In this document: piece by piece, positions 39,261 to 52,689 of the stretch
How positions within the stretch are numbered: the first letter of the stretch is position 1
Layout of the letters: each line of letters opens with the position of its first letter
NCBI GenBank assembly: GCA_030704615.1
Contig: CM060731.1
Span: 8,184,001 to 8,248,000, forward strand
Reading direction: 5' to 3'
DNA: 64,000 nt
Source of the DNA: Takakia lepidozioides
Lineage: Eukaryota > Plantae > Bryophyta
Translations under genes and position numbers: made by a program
The notes under the pieces: generated by a model
The model's database searches: none
What the model was told of the DNA's origin: nothing
Seen by the model: only the letters and a program-made list of their open reading frames with translations

Positions 39261-40318
39261 ATGGTATGCAAGACTTATACAAGCTACACCATCGAACATC
39301 GACAAGGGTTGGGTTATCAAGACACAATGTTGTGGTGCCTTGCTTACTGTTTTGGAAGTTGCCTTAGTATATGTGTCACTGCAGTTCCTCTACTATGTGT
39401 GCACCTGTCAGGCAAGGACATTGTTTACAGTTTTGAAAACCACTTGGTGGAGGATGCCAATGTCATTGCCACACGTGGGAGGCTTCAGAGAGATGTTGTA
39501 CTCACTAGACTTGGCTTTATAGCCTTGTGACCATGGACCTGGAATAGACCAGAAAAGTCGGGCCGCAAGGAAATTCAGCAAACTCAGGACAATCATCACA
39601 CATATGCATTCAAGACTATGTTGCAAAATTGCTAGAGTGAGTTGACGGGATGACCTTCACAAAGGTTGAATCGTTTCAGAAGCTCTTTCATGAGGTGACC
39701 GCTCATGATCTAAAATGATGTTCCTGAAGTACTTGTATATTCTACTGTCCTACATTGCAAAGCCACCCACCTTTGTACAACATCAGATTGAAATCTTCAC
39801 AGCTTGGCCCATGTGCATTGCAACCTATCTCTGTAACTAGCACCCAACGCTCCATACACTCCTTTCCTTTCTACACTGTAATGTCATGAAGATCTGACTG
39901 GAAGAACCAACCAAGACTCCTACCAACAAGCTGATCTGGCACTTTGAAGACAGTTACATTTGCTGTGGTTTGTGAACAACCGGGAGTCGTTCCAGCTTAA
40001 AGAACTCAAGTCAAAGGCTGCATCCCAGAAGTTAGGTGACGGACTCCGTGAGCTGGTGGTCCTGAGATCATAAGCAAAGGAAGGTTTAAACCCGGATCCA
40101 ACACCGTGTAGCTTTTTCACAGAGGGAGAGACTGTAACGTCTGTGCTCTTTGGAAGGATGTCCTTTAACATTCCAGAAACACAAGGTCAGGGTTAAGTTG
40201 GCTTTCCGCGTTCACTTGGTCCTCGCTCCAAGAAGCGCATAATAAACTAGTTGTTCTCAGTTGCTCAAAAGAAAAGGTTCAGTTGATTCGGTCTTTAGAA
40301 GCAGGAGTGAATCACAAA

Positions 40319-41133
40319 GGTTCACTTGGCCGTGCCATGACTGCTGCTGAAGACCATGCCTTTTAATGAATGCATGCATAGAGGGAAAGGATCAATTTCA
40401 GCCAATTCTAGTCATGTTGAAATATATCTCCTTTCTCAAGGTGCACTTAGTTGCATGCTCTTAGTATACCATTTGTGGGCTTTCGTCTTGTTTGTTATTC
40501 ATTCTACTTGAGATTGAGCGAATTTAGGGAGCCAAGAGGACCTCGTGTACCATGCGATGGACCTTGCTTATTTGCAAAATGCAATGCGGACATGACTGAG
40601 TTTTCGCTCCACTCCATGACAAAAACAATTCCTCCTTATGGCTGTCAATCCATGCTACTATGCATAGTGTAGAATCAGTGAGATAGGACAAGAACTGATA
40701 GAGAGAGAGAAGATGATGGAATGTTAACAGTTTATATTTGATAGTATTTTGTAAGGTGCGAATTTTCACTGTTCTAAGTAGAAGTATTGAAGCTCATTCA
40801 TTTCGAAATAAGCAGGGGCATGTGACTGGGTGTGCTAGAAAAAGTGTATTGTGTCTTTAACAAATTATGTTGGAGAGGAAGCCTGTTCTTTTTAGTGACG
40901 TGAGCTTACCTGAGAATTTCATCCTCCTTCTGTGTCTGTGGAAAACAAGGGCTTGTTAGCTCCTGTGTTGACTTGAACCATCGACAAGGCTGGTCCAGTA
41001 GATTCAGTAGTTTGTTGCCACAATGTGGCTTGCTATTCTGATTGCTATCTGTGAGATCTAGTACATTCAGGCTTCCCGCACGGGTTTCATGTCCTCGTCT
41101 TTATACCATTCCACAATTGCTCTCTCCACACTG
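40319..41133 (+). repeat. Direct repeat copy 2 (partner at 33346-34257)
   Basis: Same sequence as copy 1, lacking the ~170-bp block 33680-33855 and with one internal block inverted. Confidence 0.9.
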
Positions 41134-41479
41134 ACCTAGGATCCTAGGTCTCCAAAACGAATTATACCACCAGAAATGCACTCAAACGATGTAATTCAAA
41201 GTTCACCAGAATACCATGCTGAATTCGGATGTTTCTCAATTATAGATGCAGACAGATTGTCTGGCTAAGTGGTCCTTCCAGGTCAAAGAAAGAAGAGGGT
41301 CATGCAGCTAGAGTAAGATAGTAAGATGGCCACCAGATATGACCATATTGTGGATTGCTCGCCAACCACTCTAACCCCTGCAAGCTACTTATTGTACCAG
41401 ACGAGTGCAATCATAACTCATATGGGCTTTCACTCAGTGACACTCTCTTACAGTGGCAGTAGGATATTCTACAGTATAT

Positions 41480-42066
41480 TTACTCTGCCTCTGCCGGCTT
41501 CCCAAAGTTCTTACACCACAGCTGTGAAGGAATAGGGCGGACAGGCATCAAAGGCCGTTGCTGCACCAGCGCAAACCCCACCACAAGAAGCACTCAGCAT
41601 ACTAATACCAGTCCTAGAATCTCCACCAGCCAGGATGACTGATTCAGGCTAGAACCGTCCCTCACAACAACCAAAGTCAATTTAACTCAAAAACCCAGAA
41701 ACAGGTAGTGGGAGAAACAAATTAAGAATCGCATAGCAAGAGAGACTGCACAACCAGCAAAACAGTTGAGGTAGACACACCTGGATGCCTATATTCCTAC
41801 ACAGATAGATAAAAGATGGACAAACGGAGAGAGAGAACTAGGGAATGACCACATTATCCACAACGTTTACGACTCACCTCCAATTGAACCGATTTCATAG
41901 CTATGGGAATGGCCACAGCAAAGATGCCAGCAAGCGCAAGCGCGGTATTACGACGCCAGTACCTGGGATCGCAAAACCACCCTCCTGTTGGACTCCACAC
42001 CTCCTTGGGGTATCCAAGGTAGTGACCAGATCCCCCTCCACGCCCTCCATGCTCTCCTCCCCCCAT
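41480..42066 (-). CDS. Mitochondrial complex I small subunit, At4g00585/KFYI(NDUFC1)-like, 89 aa (exons 42066-41878, 41560-41480)
   Basis: MGGGEHGG...VWSPTGGWFCDPRYWRRNTALALAGIFAVAIPIAMKSVQLE | QRPLMPVRPIPSQLWCKNFGKPAEAE*; GTGAGT...GCAG intron. Confidence 0.9.
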
Positions 42067-42269
42067 CTCTCTCTCTCTCTCCCTCGCTCTCTCTAAGTAA
42101 ACCCTAGCTCTCGAGCTCTGGCTATGGCTCTTCAGTTCTAGGGCAAAAAGCAACAAATGTCCTACATCGTCGTGCATAGATGAAACTCTCTGTTCGTCAA
42201 AGAAACGAAATACCCCGCGAAGGATCGGACGTTTTGTGGAGGCAATCAACCCGAAGACAGAGAGATAAC

Positions 42270-42340
42270 TTAGTTCACGGGGGTTCGAACCCCAGATCCA
42301 CAGGCCAATGGACAGGTGTCTACCATTGGGCACAGCCGTC
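42270..42340 (-). other. tRNA-like Pol III box A/B sequence (SINE head or tRNA pseudogene)
   Basis: Minus strand GTGCCCAATGGTAG ... GGGGTTCGAACCCC; no proper acceptor stem. Confidence 0.55.
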
Positions 42341-42564
42341 TGTTTATATATGGTAATATTTTTGGGAGGTTTTATACGATACGGTTATTGGAATGAGGGA
42401 ATGGAAGACGGAACCCTAAAAGCGGAGTGCAGAGTGCGAAGGAGCTGATGGTAGTGTTGCAGAGTGCGTGGTGCGCGGAGCAACGGCAGGGCAGTGAAGA
42501 AGACAAGGGAGGGGAGGAGCGGGGGTCCAGCGTGAGAGAAAGGGCGGAGGATTCGTCTCGCTAT

Positions 42565-45500
42565 ATGCTGCCTAAAAAGAGAGGTGCCGGGAAGGCAGAG
42601 TTGGGCAACAATTCTGTGAAGAAATTCCGGGTGGAGTGCGGCAGCGGGAGCGTGCTGATCGGGCGGGACAGAGATTTGATCATGGCTCCTGTTGGAAACT
42701 CCTCCGAGGTTGAGATTGATGAGGACCTCCACAGCCGACAGCTCGCTGTGTATGGCAGAGAGACCATGCGTCGCGTGTTTGGTGCTCACGTCCTCATCTC
42801 TGGTCTTCAAGGGCTAGGGGTCGAAATTGGTATGTCTTTCGGCTTGAAGCCAATTGCAGCCATAGAGAAATCTGAGAGCAAGATTAAATGGAGTTGTTGT
42901 GCCTGCTTCTATTTGGCATTAAGTATTTGTTGTGTAAACCTTATAATTCTTCTTTCATAATTCGTGATGAAGCTAGAGTGGCGAGTATCGATTGGCCGTA
43001 TTTTCGCTTAAAGCTGCATGTTTTTTAACTGGCGTCCAAGTTGGTGAGAGGGTTTAGAAACGTGGTTGAAGATGGAGGGTGATTGTTGGCTGCTCTGGTG
43101 TTTCTCGATCTCCTGGGTAATGGGACTAACAGACACCATCATGCATGCAGCTAAGAACGTGATATTGGCGGGCGTGAAGTCGGTGACGTTACACGACATG
43201 GAGACTGTTCAGATGTGGGATCTGTCGTCCCAGTTTTACTTTTCAGAAATAGATATTGGGAAAAATCGCGCACTCGCATGTGTTGATAAGCTCAAGGAGC
43301 TCAACACTGCTGTCGCTGTGACAACATGCACTGATGAGATAACCGAGGATTTGCTTTCAGGGCATCAGGTCTGTGGATGGTGCCTCCATGGGGTCTTGAC
43401 TGTCTTAGGGTGTGTTTTGGATGTTTGCATAGTATGTTTGTATGTTGGGTTGTGAGTTGGTTCCAAAACTCATTAGGCCCAGTCTAAGAATTTCTATCAT
43501 GAATCTTGGTTTGAAGGTACCTCTCAGTGCTTCATAGGCAGGGACTTCCAAATTCTTGTGCGAAGTTAAGATCTGGTAAAATGAGGGATTAATGTAAACT
43601 CTCACCATCTCGTCTTTTTTTTGTCAGATCCATGAGAGCAAGAATACATCAAGATCCTATCGAATTGCTTAGTGCTCTCTAATCAGAATTGTTCACCCAG
43701 TAGACTATTATCTGTAAACTTCACTTGGGAAGTAGCACATTCTCAACCTATTTGGTGGACGAATTCAATCTTGCCTTAGAAAGACATCTAAATTTATCTA
43801 ACATGGCCCAAACATGTGTCATTCTTCTGAGAGTGGAGAAGGTGTTCTCTCAGTGGGCCCTCTTGTCATGAGTTAAGGAAGATTGTTTACTCCTGAGATA
43901 GACATCCTGTCTAAACTGTTGTCTTTGGGGTGGTCTTGTGTTGCCTTGGCCTTTGTAGGTGGTGGTCTTCACCGATTTAGCTCTAGAGAAGGCAACAGAA
44001 ATTGATGGGTTCTGCCACAGACATGAACCGCCCATAGCTTTCATTAAGGCTGACATCCGAGGGGTTTTTGGGTCTGTATTTTGTGATTTTGGACCATCAT
44101 TTGCAGTTGTTGATGCTGATGGAGAGGATCCCCACACGGGTATCATTGCTTCTATAAGCAACGATAACCCAGCTCTGGTGGCATGTGTCGATGATGAAAG
44201 ACTTGAATTTGAGGATGGAGACCTGGTGGTGTTCTCCGAAGTCCATGGAATGACAGAACTTAACGATGGAAAGCCACGGCGTGTAAAGAACTCACGACCT
44301 TATTCATTCTTTTTGGAGGAGGATACCTCAGGGTTTGGGGCTTATGAGAAAGGTGGCATTGTGGCACAGGTGAGCATATTTGTGGCCCCACCAATTGAGC
44401 ACTAATCTATGCATTCATACATTAAACCTGTATGCTTGACCCAGTTGTGGGAATGGCTGGAATTGAATGCTTTACTCGAAGCAAAGTTATCCCCTCAAGT
44501 TCAAGACTTCATAACCATAGTATGTTTATATTGTTTCATGGTGTTCCAGGTGAAGCAGCCAAAGGTGTTGAACTTCCGTCCGTTGAGGGAGGCCCTTGGT
44601 AACCCAGGCGAGTTTTTGCTGAGTGATTTTGCCAAGTTTGACCGGCCACCATTGCTACACCTGGCATTTCATGCCTTGGATGCATACTGTGTGGAGATGG
44701 GTCGCCTTCCAGCCCCAGCATCGGATGCTGATGCTGCCAAACTGATTGAGCTTGCGAAAGACATCAATGAGTCTTCTGGGGACCAGAAACTTGATACTAT
44801 AGATGAGAATATTTTGAAGCTCTTTGCAAGTGGTTCGAGTGCGGTGTTGAGTCCCATGGCTGCCATGTTTGGAGGAATTGTTGGACAGGAGGTGGTGAAG
44901 GCATGCTCCGGAAAGTTCCATCCTCTTTTCCAGGTTTGTGCTGGATATCTTTGTTGCATCACTGCTATCCTTGTGTGTGGAATAAAGACAGGACAGGGAC
45001 AGAGGGAAGAGAAAAGACAAGGAGCGAGTATACAGCTGTGTATATGATAGAGAGAGAAGAAGATTTATTATATCCGTTTGACCCACACTGAGGATGGTTC
45101 CACCCATACTGTCTCCCAGTGATCAACTCCGGTTGCACTTCGCCAAAGCTGTCTACATCGCTCTTATGAGTCAGCTTCGGGCATGTACCCTGTGCTCACA
45201 CTGGTGCGATTGGGTTATACTCGGATCCTCGTCGCTCCTGATCACCTCACAAAGGCCAAAATCACCTACTGTGGCATGAAATTGCTGGTCTACCAAATGG
45301 TATTGATGTCCTATGGATAATGCTTCTTACTGCCTACCCTGCTAGCAAATACGTGGTAATGATCAGAATGACATTAGACACGATTGAGTGGATGAAGAAG
45401 GAAACCCTGTGCAGATGTATATGATGTACGTACATGTAGTATTGACCATGTTCAATGGAAGAAAAAATGAGAGAAAGAAAGAGACTTTGTAATGTGTGTG

Positions 45501-48500
45501 GCAAGCTGAAAGAGCTTATGCTTATCGCTCAGAGGCCAGAGACCCCAACGGACAGAAATAAGGAAAAACAAGTGCTGAAAGAACCATACAATTTACTAGA
45601 AGAGACAGGTCAAGTAGTGTGAGTTGCGAAGATTAAATTCCTAAGTCTGTGGGACCAGTCTGAGGTCTGTCCGGACAACAGAGTAGAAAGTGGCGTCCAA
45701 GCAAGGACACATAGGGTCATGCCGCTTCAAAGCTCAGGGTGTATGGGATAACAACCAGTTGGCTTTGATGCAGACTCACTCTAGACTGACAAGATGACTT
45801 GGTTCATGTTGGACAAAGAGCCTGCACATGGCAGCTAATTTCTCAATTAGGTGTTGTTGAACTGAATAGATACGAAGTTCTGGGGAAATTATTTTTACTA
45901 GTGTTGTGGAAGATGTACTTCAATAATGGCACCTACTTTCACTACAAGAAAGCTACCTACCATTTGATGCTAATGTCCTCCTAATTCAGAGTGTGAGGAG
46001 GGTGTTTCCCTTCTCTGAAGCCTTGTGGTGAGTACAACAGGCACAGTGACGGTCAATCACTAGGGTAGAAGAACATCTATTTGAACGCATCATATTTGAA
46101 AGAAACGTAATAGTGTCCATGGGGGGCAGAGCAGAGAGAGATAGAGGGTGCATGGTTTCATCCTTTAAATGGTATTCTACATCATTGTGGCCATGTTCAA
46201 ACGATAGATTGTCTCCTCGTTCATCGTTCAAACTAATAATATAGATATTGATTATTAAAATTGGACCTGAGCTGGGCAACATTTGTTGCTGATTAATTTC
46301 GGTCTATTCTAAGGAGTTTGCATCGCCTTCACTGGCAGTTGTCACAATGAGTCTCCCCTCAAGCTGTCTGTGTCACCAACCCTATGTATTTGCATAATTT
46401 TTGAGTCGGTGTTACTGAATGTAACAATACTTCATTTGCTTGGCAGTTTTTCTACTTCGACTCAGTGGAGTCTCTTCCTGTGGAACCATTGCTGCCTGAA
46501 GATGTGCAACCTTTGAATTCGCGATATGACGCACAAATTGCAGTATTTGGACAACAGTTGCAGCAAAAGCTACAGGATGCCAAAGTATTTGTGGTGGGGG
46601 CAGGTGCACTGGGTTGTGAATTTCTGAAAAATCTAGCTCTCATGGGGGTTGCATGTGGACCAAAGGGAAAGCTCACTGTCACTGATGATGATGTGATTGA
46701 GAAAAGTAACCTAAGCCGGCAGTTTTTGTTCAGAGATTGGAACATAGGACAAGCCAAGTCGACTGTAGCTTCAGGAGCTGCATTAGCTATCAACTCTTCC
46801 TTGCAGGCAGTGGCATTGCAGAACCGTGTCAGTGCAGATACAGAAACTGTCTTTGACGACAACTTTTGGGAGAATTTGGATGTGATTGTCAATGCTCTTG
46901 ACAATGTGAATGCTCGGCTTTATGTGGACTCTCGGTGTGTCTACTTCCAAAAGCCACTGCTAGAATCTGGCACATTGGGTACCAAATGCAACACTCAGAT
47001 GGTCATTCCTAATGCTACAGAGAACTATGGGGCATCACGGGACCCACCGGAGAAGCAGGCTCCCATGTGCACTGTCCATTCGTTTCCTCACAATATTGAC
47101 CACTGTTTGACATGGGCACGCTCAGAGTTTGAAGGTGGGTTTTCCTAGTACTTTCCATAGTTTGGTATATCTACCATTGCAACAATGAGTTCTAGACCTC
47201 ATTAGGTGACCTACAGTCTCTTTATGTTTAGGCCTTTCGCTGGGTCACTAGCTTCTGAGCACAGCTAGTTATGCTTCATTGGCAGATGTCAGCAAACCTG
47301 CAGGACCTCCTTGGAAGCAGTTGTTTCTAACCAAACCAGGCCACACATTTAATCAATGACAAGATAGTGGGAGCTGCCAGTGAGTGCCATGTGTGCTATT
47401 ATCCAGCGATGGTCATTTTGCAACGGTTTGACCTCATTGTATATGTGGGTTTGTGCCCTTGTAGGGTTGCTAGAGAAGACCCCAGCAGAGGCAAATGCAT
47501 TTTTGTTAAAACCAGAGGAGTACAAAGCAGCAACAAAGTCTGCCGGTGATTCCCAAGCACGTGAATTGTTGGAGCGGGTTGTGGAGTGTCTGGTTAGGGA
47601 GCGTTGTGTCACCTTTGAGGATTGCATTTTGTGGGCAAGAACCAGGTATGGGTTTGTGTCTCTGTCTACCTGTTAAACCATGGTACCATAATTGCGTTGC
47701 TATTGAGTGCTTCTGAGATGAGGACCAGATTCTCCAGGCAAGAAGTTGGTGGATGAGTTCTCTTGTTTTCTATGTTAAGCATGCACTGGTTTTATTTCCA
47801 TGGTTTTTGGGGGAAATCTTCTGTAAGGGACTCTTAAGAGGCTCTTCTGCTACCTGCTTGGTTGAGTTACATTTTCACACTATTTGGGGTGTGGAAAGGG
47901 GAAGCCCAGAGCAAACTTCATAAACCCAAAATCTGGAACATAGCATATCATAGCATGCCATGATAGACACACAAATGACAGACCTCCTCATTAAGGAGAG
48001 AGGTAAGGCAACAGACACTCTACGCCCTCTCATACTTGCCTGTTGTGTTTGTTTGACAGATTTGAGGACTACTTTGCGAACCGTGTGAAACAACTTACCT
48101 TCACATTTCCCGAAAATGCCACCACCAGCACAGGCTCTCCTTTCTGGTCGGCTCCCAAGCGCTTTCCAAAACCTTTGCAGTTCACCACCTCAGACCCTGC
48201 CTATCTCTCTCTTGTAGCTGCAGGTGCTATCCTCAGGGCTGAAACCTATGGCATTCCTATACCTGACTGGGCTCTGGACGCAAAGAAATTGGGGGAGGCT
48301 ATTGACAAAGTCAAGCTACCTGAATTTTTGCCTAAGCAAGGAGTTAAGATTGTGACCGATGAGAAAGCTACAAGTATGACTACGATGAGTTTGGATGATG
48401 ATTCGCAGATAGAGTTCCTGATCAAGGAACTGGAAGAAGGGGTTAAACACTTACCGCCTGCATTTCACATGAATCCTATCCAGTTTGAGAAGGTTTGTCA

Positions 48501-50014
48501 CGATTCACTTCTGTTGTTAATGACGCTTGTGGTGCTTCTCTCTATCTCTGTGCACCTTGTCTTCAGCACTGTCAGCTGTTACTACGATTTGTTAGTATCT
48601 TATGTGATATTTTCCTGTCTCATGTTCTTGCCACGTAGGATTACTGATAGATGGTGCATATTGGAGGAACCATTACTAAATAGAGAACATCGATCTCTCT
48701 CTCTCTCTCTCTCTCGCTGAACCCTGGTGGGTGAACCCCACAGAAGGCTCCGGGAGGGTTAGTTTCCCGCAGGGTCAATGGCCGTAAGGCTATGGCAAGC
48801 CAACGTCTGCAGGAAACGCATTCTCTCTCTGTCACAGCAAACATGACCCTGTAACTGGGCTGTCAAGTTTGCATGTGGACACGTGCCTCTGTGAACACCT
48901 TAATGGCTGCTGCCGGAAAATAACTATACCTACACCTGAGTTGCGGGGAGAAGCTAAATCCTGGTGGCCAAAAGGCTCCTGGAGGCTTAGTTTCTCGCGG
49001 GGTTGATGGCTGTAACGGTTTGGCAAGCCAATGTTTGCAGGAGAAGTACATTCTGTTATGGCAAACGTCTCATTAGTACACTCTCTCCCTCTGTTCTGCC
49101 CTAACTGGGCACGGAGTCTATGGCCACAAGGGTATGGTAAACGTCTTATGAGTACATTCTGTCTCTGTCTAAAGTTGTTTGCTTGCCCCATAGGTACCTG
49201 TGGACCCCCATGGACATCATAAAGCTCTATGATGTTTCTCTTTCTCCATCCTAATACACCAACCAATCGTAGAATCTGCTTCTATCGTATAACCAAATTG
49301 GAAGTATGACAGGTAGGAGGATCTCTAGTCTGCCTCCTTGTGGCTGCTTTTTCTCTCTTTCACACGTGCACGGGTTATTGATCAGCTGACTCAATGGCTT
49401 GAGTTGGTGAACTTGCACAGGATGACGATACGAACTACCACATGGATTTCATAGCAGGTCTTGCCAATATGCGAGCACGTAACTACAGCATACCGGAGGT
49501 TGATAAACTGAAGGCTAAGTTTATTGCAGGCCGCATCATCCCTGCCATAGCCACCACCACCGCCATGGCAACAGGGCTGGTCTGCCTGGAGCTGTACAAG
49601 GTTTTGTTGGGCCATAAGGTGGAGCGATTCAGAAATACGTTTGCTAATTTGGCACTGCCACTATTCTCAATGGCTGAACCTGTACCCCCCAAGTCGTTCT
49701 CACATTTGAATCTCACCTGGTCAATATGGGACCGCTGGGTGATTGCTGGGGATTTGACACTGCGTGAGTTGTTAGCTTGGTTTGAGGAGAAGGGACTCAC
49801 AGCCTACAGTATTTCATGTGGCCAGTCTCTCTTGTACAACAACATTTTTCCCAGGCACCGGGAGCGCATGGACAGAAAGGTGGTTGAATTGGCCAAGGAA
49901 ATTTCGAAGTTGGAGATCCCCCCAAACCGCCGTCATTTTGACATTGTGGTTGCATGCGAGGATGAGGAAGGAAATGATCTTGATGTGCCTCTGGTCTCCA
50001 TATGCTTCCGCTAA
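42565..50014 (+). CDS. UBA1: Ubiquitin-activating enzyme E1; exons 42565-42829, 43151-43368, 43959-44369, 44550-44933, 46447-47134, 47465-47645, 48060-48492, 49421-50014
   Basis: [23 protein letters not shown], catalytic [21 protein letters not shown]-terminal [10 protein letters not shown]; GT-AG junctions in compatible phases. Confidence 0.97.
48716..49170 (+). repeat. Tandem structured motif copies in the last UBA1 intron
   Basis: Units ending ATGGC..AAGG.TATGG.AA...ACATTCT at ~48777, ~49005, ~49058 (partial) and ~49120, preceded by a (CT)n run. Confidence 0.75.
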
Positions 50015-52689
50015 ATTTGGGCATATTTGGTTAGAGGGTGATGACTAGCTAGAAATTTTCTTTCAGTTGTGCCAGGTGACCAAACATTTGGGTATCATTT
50101 ACTCAATTTAAGTGCCCAGCTTTGTTTATGTCTAGTAGGGCTGATAGGGGTAATGGGGACACACACAGACGTTGAAATGAGAGAGGGGGCAGCATGCATG
50201 CCTTAGCCTTGCCACTTTCTGGCTGGAGCAGCTTGTTGGAAATGGAGGGAAAACTTATGGGAGGAAGAGGTATCATTGCCAGCAATAAGGCTTGCTTCAA
50301 TTGTGGGACCTACATATATATAGGGACAAAGAGTTATAACAGAAGAGGCAGTAAGTCATGTGGGATGACTGTCTTCTACTGATGTCTTGAGATTAGCATG
50401 ATTGGAATGCTAATACCGTATATGGAACTATTTTTTGCCGGTTCGTTGGAGGGAAGTTTGTATTGTGGTAGGTTGACTGGTTTGCCACAAGTGCTAGCTT
50501 GTGGTAAAAGACATAGAGGTGACTGTATGGTTCTAAAGACAGAAGTGCCTGAATGGTTCTTACTCAATACCATAACAGAATTACTCAGTAACAGAAGTAC
50601 TGTTATGGAGGATCCGTGCAGTCCTTCAAGACATAAAGTGGGTATAGACCCTATCCTACATGATGTACAGCGCAGCCTATGGCTTACTTCTCCGAAGCAG
50701 GCATTCTCGGTCAAGTCTGCAACTGCACAGTTAAAATGTTAGAGCACGGCGTCCATTGCAATTTAGGCACATTCAGCATTCTGGAGTCGCGTGGAGGCTT
50801 CCATCTAAGCTTCAAGTGCTGTCCATAGTGCTGGAAAATAGGAGTCAAGTGTATCAGCGTATCAGAAGTGAAGCCATGCCTATGTTCCATTTCCTACTTC
50901 CTTGAGACATAAGCATGCAAAAGGGATCTACATCTACGAGACTGAACTGCAGGGGCATCACAGCTGCAATCATGGCAAAACCCATGTCCCTGTTAAGCCA
51001 GTAAGCCTCCTCCACTTCATGCATCTGCCTTCACAGAGGCCATAGATGAGAGCGGCATAGTTTTAACACATTTAGCTCACCACCTTTCTTCATTTCTCAC
51101 TTAGAAGCATCCAACATCCCTGCTAGCCCAAGCGTTCATGAGGACTCAGCAAGCAATGGAAGCCAGCCTACTAGAACTTTTGAGAACTTTTGATAAAGTT
51201 TAAATCATTGCTTCTTCCATGTCAGTTCCTTAGAATGAAACACGTCCGGCAGCATAGCACCAGCAACATTGCTAAAAGATCAATGAACCAAGATTATTGT
51301 GGCCTCTCTCACCTCATCTACCAACTTGGAGGGGCTAAATGAGGGGACCACTGGTTTCATGGTCCGTGTCTAAAGTGGGCATAAGTGGTAAGTTAAAGTT
51401 CTTGCCCAAGTGTTTTCCAGGTTTATCCTGGCCGGGTCTTTCCAAACCTCGTTGAAAAACCTCTGGCAGCTCCTGGTGGCCACCAGGACGCCCATGAGCC
51501 CACGCGCTATTTCATAGCGAACCGCTTTTCTGAACCCTGCTTGCCTAGCAAACACCTCTTCTTCAACACCTGCACAGAAAACTGAGTTGGTCAGACACTT
51601 CGAAAACAATTTGCATGGTTTTGAGGTTTCTCTTAGGCTGCATGCATTCTGTTTATTCTTTCATGCGCAAGTGTAGTGCCCTGGTGTATAATATGTGAAG
51701 GCCACTCACCCTGCCAAATAGAGCACCTCTCTGGTTGGGTGTCAAGTGTCAACTTCCCAACCATTCTCAATATCCAAGTGGGAGATTGAGCTTTTTCTTT
51801 TCTCTCGCGACTTTGAGGTTCTCTTCCCATGTTCTTTATGTTGCTTGAGGCAGTGAGAGAGGAGAAGATCCAATAGCTGGGGCAGTTTGGAGCTAAGCAA
51901 ATGCCATGGTTATGGTACGAAACTCTTGGGCCCAGCCCAACCCTGTTGGTTGGCACATCAAAATCGCAGCCGGCGACTACTTCTTTTTTATTTTTAGTAG
52001 GAGACCAAGACCTCTTGGAAGCTCCTTGAATTGAATTCACACTCAAATACTTAATTGTCTTCCTGGGAAAAAAGATACACTGCAGGCAGTTTGCAGCCTG
52101 TCACCATGCAGTGCATGTTTTACTTTGGTGAACTAAAACACAAGGGAGCCCATGCTTGATCCCTGTCAATAGCGTGTTTGAGCATGAAATGAAATCATGA
52201 CCAAGAGTATGTGTGTTCCACGCCTCCAGCGTCCTCTTTGAAACTGCATTGGAGCAACATGGAAATGATACCTGGCAAATTGCGAAATTATTGTCAACCA
52301 TGTCGTTTAAAATATAACCCATCGGGCAGTTTGTCTTTGAAGTCAAGTCCTCCTAACTTGTCTTCTCTGATAGCAATCGGATGTTGAGGTGAGGAACAAG
52401 CAGACCGTTGCCTGCAGTCGTATAACAGACCCCTAGATGTTCGAACTTGGACGAATGGAATCGCACGCCTTCAACTGCTGCTCCCTGTAGGTACCCTAGT
52501 CATATAAACGCCTAAGCACTTTGGCTTCATGGATGTTGCAGACCCTTCCATTTGTGGGCCATACCAGTAACTGTGTCGACGTTTCGCCATTTCTGTAACA
52601 AATGGTCCTGATTTTACACTGTCTACGTACAATTTGGCTCTCATTGCCTCAAAAACACTCAAAAACAATCCTCGCGTTAATTTATGCAC

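Noticed and set aside
42270-42340. Functional tRNA gene
   Set aside because: A and B boxes are present but no proper acceptor stem or cloverleaf can be formed
49118-49142. Resemblance of ATGGCC..AAGGGTATGGTAA to the group I intron P5c region
   Set aside because: No P3/P7 core elements found nearby; the match is short and not kept in other copies
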